DNA from: Chthoniobacteraceae bacterium
Lineage (GTDB): Bacteria > Verrucomicrobiota > Verrucomicrobiia > Chthoniobacterales > Chthoniobacteraceae
Assembly (NCBI GenBank): GCA_040081625.1
Contig: JBEBGD010000002.1
Span: 1-64,000 of the forward strand
Direction of reading: 5' to 3'
DNA: 64,000 nucleotides
The notes beneath the pieces are model-generated. The model ran no database searches, was not told the origin of the DNA, and saw only the letters and a list, made by a program, of their open reading frames with translations. A program made the translations under genes and the position numbers. Shown piece after piece: positions 21,341 to 30,786 of the stretch. The stretch's first letter is position 1; each line of letters starts with the position of its first letter.

Positions 21341-22321
21341 CTACTTCAACCAGCGCACGAGGTCACGCGCCCAGTAGGTCAGCACGAGGTCCGCGCCGGC
21401 GCGTTTGAAGGCGGTCATCATCTCCAGCACCGTCGCGCGCTCGTCGAGCCAGCCGCTCGCCGCGGCGGCCTTGATCATCGCGTATTCCCCGCTCACGCAA
21501 TAAACGGCTGTCGGCAGCCCGAAGCGCTCCTTGATGCGCCACACGAGATCGAGATACGGAAGCCCCGGCTTCACCATCACGAGGTCCGCGCCCTCGGCCA
21601 CGTCGAGCTCGACTTCGCGCAGCGCCTCGAGCGCGTTTGCAGCGTCCATTTGATAAGACTTCCGGTCGCCTGCCTTCGGCGCGCTTTCCGCCGCGTCGCG
21701 GAACGGCCCGTAGAACGCCGACGCGAACTTCGCCGCGTAACTCATGATCGGTGTCTCGGTGAAGCCACCCGCATCCAGCCCCGCGCGGATCGCGCCGATG
21801 CGCCCGTCCATCATGTCGCTCGGCGCCACGAGATCCGCGCCCGCCGCCGCGTGCGACACCGCCGTTTTCACGAGCAGCTCGACCGATGCGTCGTTCTCCA
21901 CGTGCGCGTGCTCGCCATCGAAGCGCGTCACGCCGCAATGCCCGTGGCTCATGTATTCGCACAGGCACACGTCGGTCATCACGATGAGCCCCGGCACGTC
22001 GCGCTTGAGCGCCCGCACCGCGCGCTGCACCACTCCATTCTCCGCGTAAGCCTGCGACGCGCGCTCGTCCTTCTCGGCCGGGATGCCGAAAAGAATCACA
22101 CCCGTCACGCCCTCCGCGTGCGCCGCCTTCGCCTCGGCAATGAGCGCATTCTCCGAAAGCTGCTCCACGCCCGGCATCGACGCCACCGCCTCGCGATCGC
22201 GCACTTTCTCCGACACAAAAAGCGGCAGGATAAAATCGCCGCGATCCAACTGCGTCTCGCGCACGAGCACGCGCAACCCGGGCGTGGCGCGGAGGCGGCG
22301 AGGGCGGCGGAGCAGATTCAT
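21341..22321 (-). CDS. hemB: porphobilinogen synthase
   Basis: DVCLCEYMSHGHCG, APSDMMDGR, MVKPGLPYLD, VSGEYAM. Confidence 0.97.
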   Translation of the reverse strand: MNLLRRPRRLRATPGLRVLVRETQLDRGDFILPLFVSEKVRDREAVASMPGVEQLSENALIAEAKAAHAEGVTGVILFGIPAEKDERASQAYAENGVVQRAVRALKRDVPGLIVMTDVCLCEYMSHGHCGVTRFDGEHAHVENDASVELLVKTAVSHAAAGADLVAPSDMMDGRIGAIRAGLDAGGFTETPIMSYAAKFASAFYGPFRDAAESAPKAGDRKSYQMDAANALEALREVELDVAEGADLVMVKPGLPYLDLVWRIKERFGLPTAVYCVSGEYAMIKAAAASGWLDERATVLEMMTAFKRAGADLVLTYWARDLVRWLK

Positions 22322-22358
22322 CCCGCAGCGATAGCTGAGCCGTGTGACGCGGACAAGC

Positions 22359-23948
22359 TCACTCGACCAGTTCGCCCCACGCCGGCTCCTCGAGCTGCAG
22401 CGCCGCGTCGTCGATGTCGCTGCGGTTGATCTTCTCGTATTGCGCCGACACTTCCGACCACGCGCGCAGGCGCAGCTTCACGCGGTCGCCGGGGCGCAGG
22501 CGCGCGGCGGGCGTCCACTTCTGCGCCTTCATGCTCCACATGCACACGAGCGCCTGCGCGTCGCCTTCCATGTCCACGACGTGCGCGGTGAGGATGTGCT
22601 CGGGATACGGCACGGTGCCCGGACGCGGCACGGCGGAGATCGCGGCGACGGTGCCGGTCACGATCTTCTCGTGGCCAGGCTCCGGGCTGAAAAACTTCGC
22701 CGGCTGCGGCGCGCCGAGTTCGAGCGGCAGGATTTTCCAATCGCCGAACGACAGCTCGCGCGCGGCGAATTCCCAAATGACGATCTTCTTTCCCGCGAGC
22801 CGATCGCGACCGCGCGCGAGTTCGCGGCTGAGCTGCTCGCGCGTGGCGAAGGCGCCGTCGCTGTTGCGCAGGATGCAATCGAGCGGCCTGCCGAGCGCGC
22901 GACTGAGGTGCTCGGGAAATCCCGCGCCTTCTCCCCAACCCATCGTCTCGAGCGAGAAGATATTCGCGAAGCTGTCGCCGAGCAGCAGCACGTCGGCGTC
23001 GGCGCGTGGACGCCACAGGCCGTTGCCGGCGGGGACTTGATGAATCGTGACCGTCTGCGGCTTGTAGATCGTCTGCGAAGCCGGAAGCCCGAGCAGCGCG
23101 GCGATGTCGCCGAGCGCGGTGACCTGAAGCTCGACGACGGGCGACGGCTCCGCGGTGGACGCGAGTTCCGCGGCGAGCTTTCGTGCGACCTCCTCCATGG
23201 CCTCGGGTCGCCAGTGCGTGTCCGTTTCCAGATAGCGCGGTGGCGCGAGGGAGATCAGCACGGGCGCGGGATCGAAGACGCGCACGCCGGCGCGATCGAG
23301 CCGCGCGAGGAATTCCGGGAACGAAGCATTGTGCAGCACTCCGCCGGGACGGGCGCCGAGCATCGCGCCATCGATGCCCGGCTTCGCCGGAATCGGCATG
23401 AGGACCAGCTCGATGCCGCGCTTCGCGAGCCGGTCGCGGAAATCGACGATCGCCCTCACCGGATCGCCCTGAGCGAGGAATGGCGGGCCGGTGATGTATT
23501 CCACATCAGGCCGGTAGAAGAGCCAGCCGTCGCGCCCGATGCACGCCTGCTCGGTGCCGCCGCGCAGCAGGCCGGTGACGACGCCCTGCACATGCGGGCG
23601 CAGCTTCTCCGCGACGACCGACTGCTTCTCGATCGCCTTCTCCGCGGCCTTGATCTGCTCCGCGTGCGGGATGAGCCGCCACAAGTCGCCCGGCGTGCGC
23701 GCTGCCTGCACCTGAGCCCACGACGGCAGCACCCGCCGCAGCTCCGCGACGGGCAGTTCGTGGAAACTCTGCGTGAGCGGAACCGCGATGATGGTGAGCA
23801 GGAAGCAGCCGATGAGCAGCGCGCGCGCGCCGGGCGAAAACTCAGAGCGTCCGAGCGCGAGCTCGGCTTCTTCTTCGCGAGTGATGCGGCGCGTGGTCTC
23901 CGGCGTCGGTTCGTTGTAACTCGGGAGTGAATGCTCGGGCGTGCTCAT
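22359..23948 (-). CDS. AlgJ/AlgX-like SGNH O-acetyltransferase with a C-terminal beta domain
   Basis: GRDGWLFY, TDTHW, LLGDSF, IWEFAAR; coupled to the MBOAT gene. Confidence 0.8.
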   Translation of the reverse strand: MSTPEHSLPSYNEPTPETTRRITREEEAELALGRSEFSPGARALLIGCFLLTIIAVPLTQSFHELPVAELRRVLPSWAQVQAARTPGDLWRLIPHAEQIKAAEKAIEKQSVVAEKLRPHVQGVVTGLLRGGTEQACIGRDGWLFYRPDVEYITGPPFLAQGDPVRAIVDFRDRLAKRGIELVLMPIPAKPGIDGAMLGARPGGVLHNASFPEFLARLDRAGVRVFDPAPVLISLAPPRYLETDTHWRPEAMEEVARKLAAELASTAEPSPVVELQVTALGDIAALLGLPASQTIYKPQTVTIHQVPAGNGLWRPRADADVLLLGDSFANIFSLETMGWGEGAGFPEHLSRALGRPLDCILRNSDGAFATREQLSRELARGRDRLAGKKIVIWEFAARELSFGDWKILPLELGAPQPAKFFSPEPGHEKIVTGTVAAISAVPRPGTVPYPEHILTAHVVDMEGDAQALVCMWSMKAQKWTPAARLRPGDRVKLRLRAWSEVSAQYEKINRSDIDDAALQLEEPAWGELVE

Positions 23949-25423
23949 CAAAAAATGAAATAGATGAACGGGTTGTATTCCTGCGTCGCGAGGACGACGA
24001 GCGCGAGCCAGCCGAGTGCGATGCACGCGATCGCCTTTGGCAAGGTGAGCCGCTGCGTCCAGTCCCACGTCTGCTTTCCCGCCCACGCGACGACCGCCGC
24101 GAGCGCGAGTGCGAGGAGTAGATACGGCTGCATCATCACGCCGGAGACGAGCTGCGCCCCGCCCGGCAGCGTGGTCGTGCCGAACATGTCGCCGAGATAG
24201 CGCAGCGCCCGCGGCAGGTCCGCCGCGCGGAAGAAAACCCAGCCAAGCAGCACGATGACAAACGTGATGCCGATGCGCACGGGACGCGGCAGCCGGTGAT
24301 AGAATCCCTCGCGCCCCTGAGCGCGCTCGACCGCGAGCATGCCGCCGTGGATTCCGCCCCAGATGATGAAATTCCACGACGCCCCGTGCCACAGGCCGCC
24401 GAGCAGCATCGTGATGACGAGGTTGAAATACGTGCGCCCCTCGCCGAGCCGGTTGCCGCCGAGCGGGATGTAGAGGTATTCGCGCAGCCACGTGGAGAGC
24501 GAGATGTGCCAGCGCCGCCAGAAGTCGGTGATCGACTCGGCGAGATACGGCGCGTCGAAATTCTTCGCGAAGATGAAGCCGAACATGAGCCCGAGCCCGA
24601 TCGCCATGTCCGAGTAGCCGCTGAAGTCGAAGTAGATTTGAAACGCGTAACCGACCGCGCCGAGCCACGCGTCGAGCGGCCCGCGCGCGACGGCATCGAA
24701 GGCCGTGTCGGCGATCTTTCCGCATGGATTCGCGAGCAGCACTTTCTTCGAGAGGCCGAGGAGGAAGAAGGCAACGCCGCGCGCGAATTTGTCCGCGGTG
24801 AGCGTGCGCTCGCGGAGCTGGTCGGCGAGGAAGGAGAACTTCAGGATCGGCCCGGCGACAAGGTGCGGCATCATCGACACGAAGCAGGAGAAGTCGGTGA
24901 AATTGGCCATCGCCCTGGCGTCGCCGCGATAGACGTCGATGATGTAGCTGAGCGCCTGGAAGGTGTAGAAGCTGATGCCCAGCGGCAGCACGATGCGCAG
25001 AGCGGGATCCCATTGCAGGTGATCGAGCCCGCACGCGGCGAGGAAGGCGTTGAGGCTCTCGAGACCGAAGTTGAAGTATTTGAACACGCCGAGCGCGAGC
25101 AGATTGCTGACGACCGAGCCGCGCAGCGCCCAGAGCTGCGTGCGGGTGCGCGGCTCACGGCGCGCGAGTGTCGGCACGGGGTGGCCGCGCGTGCGCCAGA
25201 CGCGCCAGTCGTCGTGCGCGATCACGAGGCTGAGCAGCCAGTCGAGCGATGTGGTGAGAAACATCAGCGCGACAAATCGCGGCTCAGCCCAGCCGTAGAA
25301 GGCGTAGCCGGTGAGCACCAGCCACAGGTTGCGCCACCGCTGGCGCGCGGGCTTGAGCAGGTAGTAGCCCAGCAGAGTCAGCGGCAGAAAGAAGTAGATG
25401 AAGATGTGCGAACTGAAAACCAT
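23948..25423 (-). CDS. MBOAT O-acyltransferase (AlgI/DltB family)
   Basis: MVFSS, LPLGISFYTFQ, QIYFDFSGYSDMAIG, FWRRWHISLS, GLWHGA. Confidence 0.93.
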   Translation of the reverse strand: MVFSSHIFIYFFLPLTLLGYYLLKPARQRWRNLWLVLTGYAFYGWAEPRFVALMFLTTSLDWLLSLVIAHDDWRVWRTRGHPVPTLARREPRTRTQLWALRGSVVSNLLALGVFKYFNFGLESLNAFLAACGLDHLQWDPALRIVLPLGISFYTFQALSYIIDVYRGDARAMANFTDFSCFVSMMPHLVAGPILKFSFLADQLRERTLTADKFARGVAFFLLGLSKKVLLANPCGKIADTAFDAVARGPLDAWLGAVGYAFQIYFDFSGYSDMAIGLGLMFGFIFAKNFDAPYLAESITDFWRRWHISLSTWLREYLYIPLGGNRLGEGRTYFNLVITMLLGGLWHGASWNFIIWGGIHGGMLAVERAQGREGFYHRLPRPVRIGITFVIVLLGWVFFRAADLPRALRYLGDMFGTTTLPGGAQLVSGVMMQPYLLLALALAAVVAWAGKQTWDWTQRLTLPKAIACIALGWLALVVLATQEYNPFIYFIF

Positions 25424-25537
25424 GCGGCCGTCTTGCGGGCGCGGACGTTGTGAAGAATCCCGACGAAATGAAAGTTGAAACCCGCGCCCCCTCCGCTTAT
25501 CCGCGCCGCCGTGATTCGCGCCCGCCTTTCGTCCTCG

Positions 25538-26563
25538 ATGTTGTCCCTCGGTTTGCAGGTTTTCGCCTGCGGGCTCGCTGCCATTTCCGCCCGCGCCGAG
25601 CCGTCGCGCGCGGAGTTTGCCACGCGGTTCGAAGCGGCCGTGCGCAGCAAGTCGGCGGTCGTCGCGGGCGTGGACGGGTGGTTCTTTTTGCCGGCTGAGT
25701 TGCGGCTGCTTTCGTTCGATCGGTTCTGGGGTGCCGCTGCGGCGAAGTCGAGCCGGGCGACGAGAGCCGAGTGGGCCGATCCCTTTCCGGCCATCGTGGA
25801 TTTTCATCAGCAGTTGAAGGCGCGGGGAATCGAATTGCTGGTCGTCCCGGTGCCGCCGAAGGCGGCGATCTATCCGGACAAATTGTTCGGAGGTGCCGGA
25901 ATGGGGAGCGCTGCGTCCATGGCGGCGGTGACGGAATTTTGCGGAGCGCTGCGCGCCGCGGGAGTCGAGGTGCTCGATCTCGCGCCCGTGCTCGTCGCCA
26001 ACAGCGCGCACGAACGCGGCGCGGTTTTTTGCGCGACGGATACGCACTGGTCGGGCAGTGGCTGCGTGCTCGCCGCGCAGGCGATCGCGCAGGCGATCCG
26101 CAACAAGGTTTCCACGCCGCCAGCGGCCCGCACTTTCACCGCCGAGTGGAAGACGGTCGCCATCCGTGGCGACCTGATCGAGCTGCTCGGCGGAGGCGGA
26201 GCGGGGCCGAAGGATGAATCCATCGCGGTGCGCGCGGTGAGCGATGCGGCCGGCGGCAGTGCGGTCGAGCCGGATGCCGCGAGCCCGGTGCTGCTGCTCG
26301 GCGACAGCCACACGCTCGTGTTTCACGATTTTCTCGCGCAGCGCGCGGGGCTGCTCGACCAGCTGGCCATGGAGCTTGGTTTCCCGCCGGACGTGATCGG
26401 CACGCGCGGCTCGGGCGCGACGCCGGTGCGCGTGACGCTTTACCGGCGCAGCGTGAAGGAACCGACTTACCTCGCGAAGAAGAAGGTGGTCGTCTGGTGT
26501 TTCAGCGCGCGCGAGTTCACGGAGGCCGAATCGGGCTGGCAGAAGATCCCGGTGGCGAAGTGA
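25538..26563 (+). CDS. AlgJ/AlgX-like SGNH protein
   Basis: GVDGWFFL, VPPKAAIYPD, TDTHW, LLGDSH; start codon approximate. Confidence 0.8.
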   Translation: MLSLGLQVFACGLAAISARAEPSRAEFATRFEAAVRSKSAVVAGVDGWFFLPAELRLLSFDRFWGAAAAKSSRATRAEWADPFPAIVDFHQQLKARGIELLVVPVPPKAAIYPDKLFGGAGMGSAASMAAVTEFCGALRAAGVEVLDLAPVLVANSAHERGAVFCATDTHWSGSGCVLAAQAIAQAIRNKVSTPPAARTFTAEWKTVAIRGDLIELLGGGGAGPKDESIAVRAVSDAAGGSAVEPDAASPVLLLGDSHTLVFHDFLAQRAGLLDQLAMELGFPPDVIGTRGSGATPVRVTLYRRSVKEPTYLAKKKVVVWCFSAREFTEAESGWQKIPVAK

Positions 26564-26634
26564 GAGACGCGATTTCACGACCCGCTTTTCAATGTTCTTG
26601 ATTCGGCTTTCGCGGCGCGACTAAATCCGCGGCA

Positions 26635-28674
26635 GTGGATCACTCACCGACTGCGCAATCAGCACCGAGTTGTATTCTCGCCGGCACGCTGCCGAGTGGC
26701 GAACGCTTCAAATTCGCCGTGGGCTGCGAACGCTTCACCGTGGGCCGGCTGCCTTCGAATCAAGTCCAGCTCAAGAACGAAACGGTGTCCGGCATTCACG
26801 CGGAGTTCGTGCCGCTCGGGTCCGGACGATTCCGCGTTCGCGATCTCGACTCGATGAACGGGCTCTTCGTCAATGGCGTGCCGGTCGCGGACAAGGAGAT
26901 CGCTGCGCCGTGCAGGATTCTGGTCGGGGGAGTCGTGTGTGTGCTCGAAGTGGAGCCGCCGCCCGTGAGCCGCTCGCCGGAGTCGGCGCCGGCGCAGAAA
27001 GCCGTGTCCGCACCGGCGACAAGGCGCAGCGTCGGCAGGCTGCTCGCGAAGAGTGCCGCTGTGCTCGGCATTGCGACTTTGATCGGCGGATGGAGCTGGT
27101 CATTCACCCGGCCTCCGGCCCGCGGTGAGACGCCGGAGCGGGAGCGGTCAGGCGAAAGCTTCGCGCGGATCGAGCCCGCGCCGATGCTGGTCGCGCTTGA
27201 GATTCCTGCGCCTGCGGAGATCCCAGCGGATCCGGTCACGCAAATTCCCGAGCCGATTTCTCCGCCCGACGAAGCGGCGGTCGCGGAGATCTCCGCGGAG
27301 CTGGATGCGGATATCGCGGACAACCCGCCGGAGCCCGATCCGGAAGTCGAAGCGCCGCCGCCCGCCGAGCCCGAGCCGTCGATCGACACCGCTGATTTTT
27401 TCGCGTCCATCGCGGCGGGCCTGGATCCCGCGCTCGCGGCGACTGCCGCGCTGTGGACTCCGCGCGAAGCGATCATCGAAGCCGCGCTGCGGACGCGCCC
27501 GAAGGCCCCGGCGAAAGCACCCGAGCCACTCGAGCCCGCTCCCGCGCCGGCGCCGGCGGACGACATCACCGTCCTTATCCTCGGAGATTCGCTGGCCCTT
27601 TGCGGATTCGGCAAACGCCTCGACACCCGCTTTCGCGAAGCACCGTCGATCAATGCCGCCTACACCTACATGGCGTGCGGCACCGTGCCGCTAAGCTGGC
27701 TGAAAGTGGGCAACTACGCGAAAGCGCGGACGTGCTGCGGATTCTGGAGCATCGAGTCCGTCACGGGGAAGGAAGCGCCGAAGGTCGTCCAGGATACCTA
27801 CGGGATGAAGCGCGGCTATCGCCCGAAGCCGCATCAGGTCCCGAAGATCGAAGACCTCCTGCAAAAGTTCGAACCCGACATCCTCATCGTGCAGACCGGC
27901 ACGAATCTTTTCGGGCTCTTTCCGGACTGCAAGACGATCAGTCCCGACCGGCACGAGGCGATGCTCAAGACCCACATCGAGCCCTTCGTCTCCCGGTTGC
28001 TCGCGACGAATTCTTCGCTTCGCAAAATCTACTGGGTCGGCTCGCCGACCTCGGGGCGCGTGACCGATGAGATCCAGGATTTCGTCGTCGAGCGCTACCG
28101 CAAGTTTGCGGGCGGCTCGGCGACGGTGATCGATAGCCGAACCCTCATCACGTATCCTTACACCGGCATGCAGCCCGACGGGGAACACTTCCTGGGCGCC
28201 GATATGGAACGCTGGGCCGACAAAGTCTTCGACAACGTGATGCGCGACTTCTCGACCGGAAAACTGCCGCCGCCCCTCGCCCCGCCGGTGGTGGCGCAGA
28301 CCACGCCGGAGCAGGACGAGGCCGCCGAAGTCCTGGCGATCAAGGCGAAGCTCGTCTTCAAGTCGCCGCCGCTGCGCGCCTCGCAGATCATGCCCTACCA
28401 GGAGTCGCTCGTGGCCTACGTGTATGACGTCGTGAAAGTCGTCGGGGGGCACTATGAGGAGAAGCAGATCCTCGTCATGCACCCCGCGCACGTCCGGCTG
28501 CAGCAGCAGGCGTTGAACAAATATCGCGTCGGCAAAACCTACGACCTCCGCCTTCGCGACCTCGACACCACCCCGTGGGTCGCCATCAAGAGCAGCGATC
28601 AATCCGGCAAGATCGAGTTGCTGCCCTACATCCAGCTCGCCGACGACGCGAAGTTCCCCGCTCGCGGCGAATGA
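26635..28674 (+). CDS. FHA domain - TM - Pro-rich linker - SGNH-like domain protein
   Basis: FHA motifs VGR, VSGIHA, DLDSMNGLFVNG; one TM; GDSL, QTGTN, DGEH. Confidence 0.75.
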   Translation: MDHSPTAQSAPSCILAGTLPSGERFKFAVGCERFTVGRLPSNQVQLKNETVSGIHAEFVPLGSGRFRVRDLDSMNGLFVNGVPVADKEIAAPCRILVGGVVCVLEVEPPPVSRSPESAPAQKAVSAPATRRSVGRLLAKSAAVLGIATLIGGWSWSFTRPPARGETPERERSGESFARIEPAPMLVALEIPAPAEIPADPVTQIPEPISPPDEAAVAEISAELDADIADNPPEPDPEVEAPPPAEPEPSIDTADFFASIAAGLDPALAATAALWTPREAIIEAALRTRPKAPAKAPEPLEPAPAPAPADDITVLILGDSLALCGFGKRLDTRFREAPSINAAYTYMACGTVPLSWLKVGNYAKARTCCGFWSIESVTGKEAPKVVQDTYGMKRGYRPKPHQVPKIEDLLQKFEPDILIVQTGTNLFGLFPDCKTISPDRHEAMLKTHIEPFVSRLLATNSSLRKIYWVGSPTSGRVTDEIQDFVVERYRKFAGGSATVIDSRTLITYPYTGMQPDGEHFLGADMERWADKVFDNVMRDFSTGKLPPPLAPPVVAQTTPEQDEAAEVLAIKAKLVFKSPPLRASQIMPYQESLVAYVYDVVKVVGGHYEEKQILVMHPAHVRLQQQALNKYRVGKTYDLRLRDLDTTPWVAIKSSDQSGKIELLPYIQLADDAKFPARGE

Positions 28675-28701
28675 CCGGCGTAGCTGGCTGACGCGAATCT
28701 C

Positions 28702-29454
28702 ATGCACCCACCGCTTCTCTTCCTCGGCGCCCTTTTCCTGCTCCTGCTCACCGCCCCTGCGGCCTCGGCGGCGAAAGCGCCGCAAATCCTGATGATCGGC
28801 GATTCGCTGAGCGTCGGTCCCTTCGGCGCGACGCTGCAGGAGAAACTCATCGACCGCTTTGGCGGCGCGAACGTCTCGATCTACGCTTCGTGCGGATCAT
28901 CGCCCGAGCATTGGCTGCTCACCGAGCCGGTATTCGTCACCCGGTGCGGATATCGCGAGAAGACGGCAAAGACGTCGTTCGTGCGCGAATACGAAAATGG
29001 TCGCCGCCCGATGGCCACCGGGACGCCGAAAGTCGAGCGGCTCATCGGCAAGCACGGAGCCCAGATCGTCATCGTGCAGCTCGGCACCAACTGGATGGAC
29101 GATTTTGCCCCGCGCATCACGGAGGAGGAGGTGAAAAAGAAAGCAGCAATCCTCGCGCGGATGGGCGGCGCCTTGCGCGGAAGGAAGGTCTTCTGGATCC
29201 TGCCCCCCGATACCACGAAGTTCTCGCGCGCCGTCGAGAGCACCGTGCGCAGCTTGATCCTCCGGGCTGCGAGGACCTACCGCTTCGGAATCATCGATTC
29301 GTCCGACATGACGCATTACGTGGTGGGGAGGACTGGCAGCGATGGCGTTCACTACGGCGGCGCGGACGCGCGCTCGTGGGCCAGTCAAGTCATGGTCCAA
29401 CTCGCGCGAAACGTCCCCGCGGTTTCGTCGCCGCGCATCCACATCAACCAGTAA
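28702..29454 (+). CDS. secreted SGNH/GDSL-like protein
   Basis: Signal peptide; IGDSL, QLGTN, SDGVHY. Confidence 0.78.
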   Translation: MHPPLLFLGALFLLLLTAPAASAAKAPQILMIGDSLSVGPFGATLQEKLIDRFGGANVSIYASCGSSPEHWLLTEPVFVTRCGYREKTAKTSFVREYENGRRPMATGTPKVERLIGKHGAQIVIVQLGTNWMDDFAPRITEEEVKKKAAILARMGGALRGRKVFWILPPDTTKFSRAVESTVRSLILRAARTYRFGIIDSSDMTHYVVGRTGSDGVHYGGADARSWASQVMVQLARNVPAVSSPRIHINQ

Positions 29455-29469
29455 GCGACCCCACCGCTC

Positions 29470-30756
29470 ATGCGCTACGAACCTCTGGACTCGAAGCTCT
29501 TCATCGAAAATCGAGCGCGCCTCGCGAAGCTCCTGCCGCCGAAATCCATCGCGGTGCTCAACGCGAACGACGTGCTGCCGACGAACGCCGACGGCACCTA
29601 CTTGCTCCGCCAGAACAGCGACCTGCTCCACCTCACCGGCGTCGAGCAGGAGGAGACGCTGCTCGTTCTCTTCCCCGACGCAGACGACGAAAAGCTGCGC
29701 GAGATTCTTTTCCTCCGCGAGCCGAACGAACAAAACGAACTGTGGGAAGGCCACAAGCTGAGCAGGGACGAGGCGAAGAAACTCACCGGCATCAAGCAGG
29801 TGAAATGGACGCAGGATTTCTGGGGCACCTTCCACCGGCTCGTTTGCGAAGCCGGGCAGGTCTTCCTCAACACCAACGAACACAAGCGCGCGGCGTGTCC
29901 GGTGCAGACGCGCGACGATCGCTTCATCGCCGAGGTGCAGCGCCGCTACCCGCTGCACCGCTACGAGCGCCTCGCGACGCTCATGCACAGCCTGCGGCTC
30001 GTGAAAAGCGAGCGCGAGATCGCGGTGCTCGATCGCGCGTGCCAGCTCACGCGGCGCGGGTTCATGCGCGTGCTGAAGTTCGTCGAGCCGGGGAAGAGCG
30101 AGACCGAGGTCGAGGCGGAGTTCGCGCACGAGTTCATCCGCGGGCGCGGGCGCTTCGCCTACGATCCCATCGTCGCAGCGGGAAAAAATGCGTGCTGCCT
30201 TCACTACCAGGAAAACTCCGCGCCGCTGAAAAGCGGCCAGCTCCTGCTGCTCGATGTCGGCGCCGCCATCGCGAACTACAACTCCGACATGACGCGCACC
30301 ATTCCCGTCAGCGGGCGCTTTTCCCGCCGCCAGCGCGCGATCTATAACGCCGTGCTCCGCGTCCTCCGCGCGAGCACTGCGGCGCTGAAGCCCGGCTTGA
30401 TCCACAAGGAGTGGCAGAAGGCCTCCGAGGCGCTGATGACCGAGGAGCTTCTCAGCCTCGGCCTGCTCAAGCCGCGCGACGTAAAAAAGCAGGACCCCGA
30501 CAAGCCAGCGGTGAAGAAGTATTTCATGCACGGCCTCGGCCATCCGATCGGGCTCGACGTTCACGATGTCGGCGACACCACGAAGCCGATGGAAGCCGGA
30601 TGGGTGATGACCGTCGAGCCCGGCATCTACATCCCCGAAGAAAAACTCGGCGTGCGGCTCGAGGACACCGTGCTCGTGACCGAGCGCGGCCCGGTGAACC
30701 TCATGGCCGACATCCCGCTCGAAGCCGACGAGATCGAGGACGCGATGGCGCGCTAG
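29470..30756 (+). CDS. pepP: Xaa-Pro aminopeptidase (M24B)
   Basis: LLDVGA, SDMTRT, HGLGHPIGLDVHD, TVEPGIY, VRLED. Confidence 0.9.
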   Translation: MRYEPLDSKLFIENRARLAKLLPPKSIAVLNANDVLPTNADGTYLLRQNSDLLHLTGVEQEETLLVLFPDADDEKLREILFLREPNEQNELWEGHKLSRDEAKKLTGIKQVKWTQDFWGTFHRLVCEAGQVFLNTNEHKRAACPVQTRDDRFIAEVQRRYPLHRYERLATLMHSLRLVKSEREIAVLDRACQLTRRGFMRVLKFVEPGKSETEVEAEFAHEFIRGRGRFAYDPIVAAGKNACCLHYQENSAPLKSGQLLLLDVGAAIANYNSDMTRTIPVSGRFSRRQRAIYNAVLRVLRASTAALKPGLIHKEWQKASEALMTEELLSLGLLKPRDVKKQDPDKPAVKKYFMHGLGHPIGLDVHDVGDTTKPMEAGWVMTVEPGIYIPEEKLGVRLEDTVLVTERGPVNLMADIPLEADEIEDAMAR

Positions 30757-30786
30757 CGCCGTGCGTCAATGAATTGACCGCGACGC

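Noticed and set aside
22359..26578. 891-aa and 876-aa ORFs suggesting giant MBOAT or AlgJ fusions
   Set aside because: The extensions are off-frame or antisense read-through of neighbouring genes; plausible starts are 23948 and 25423.
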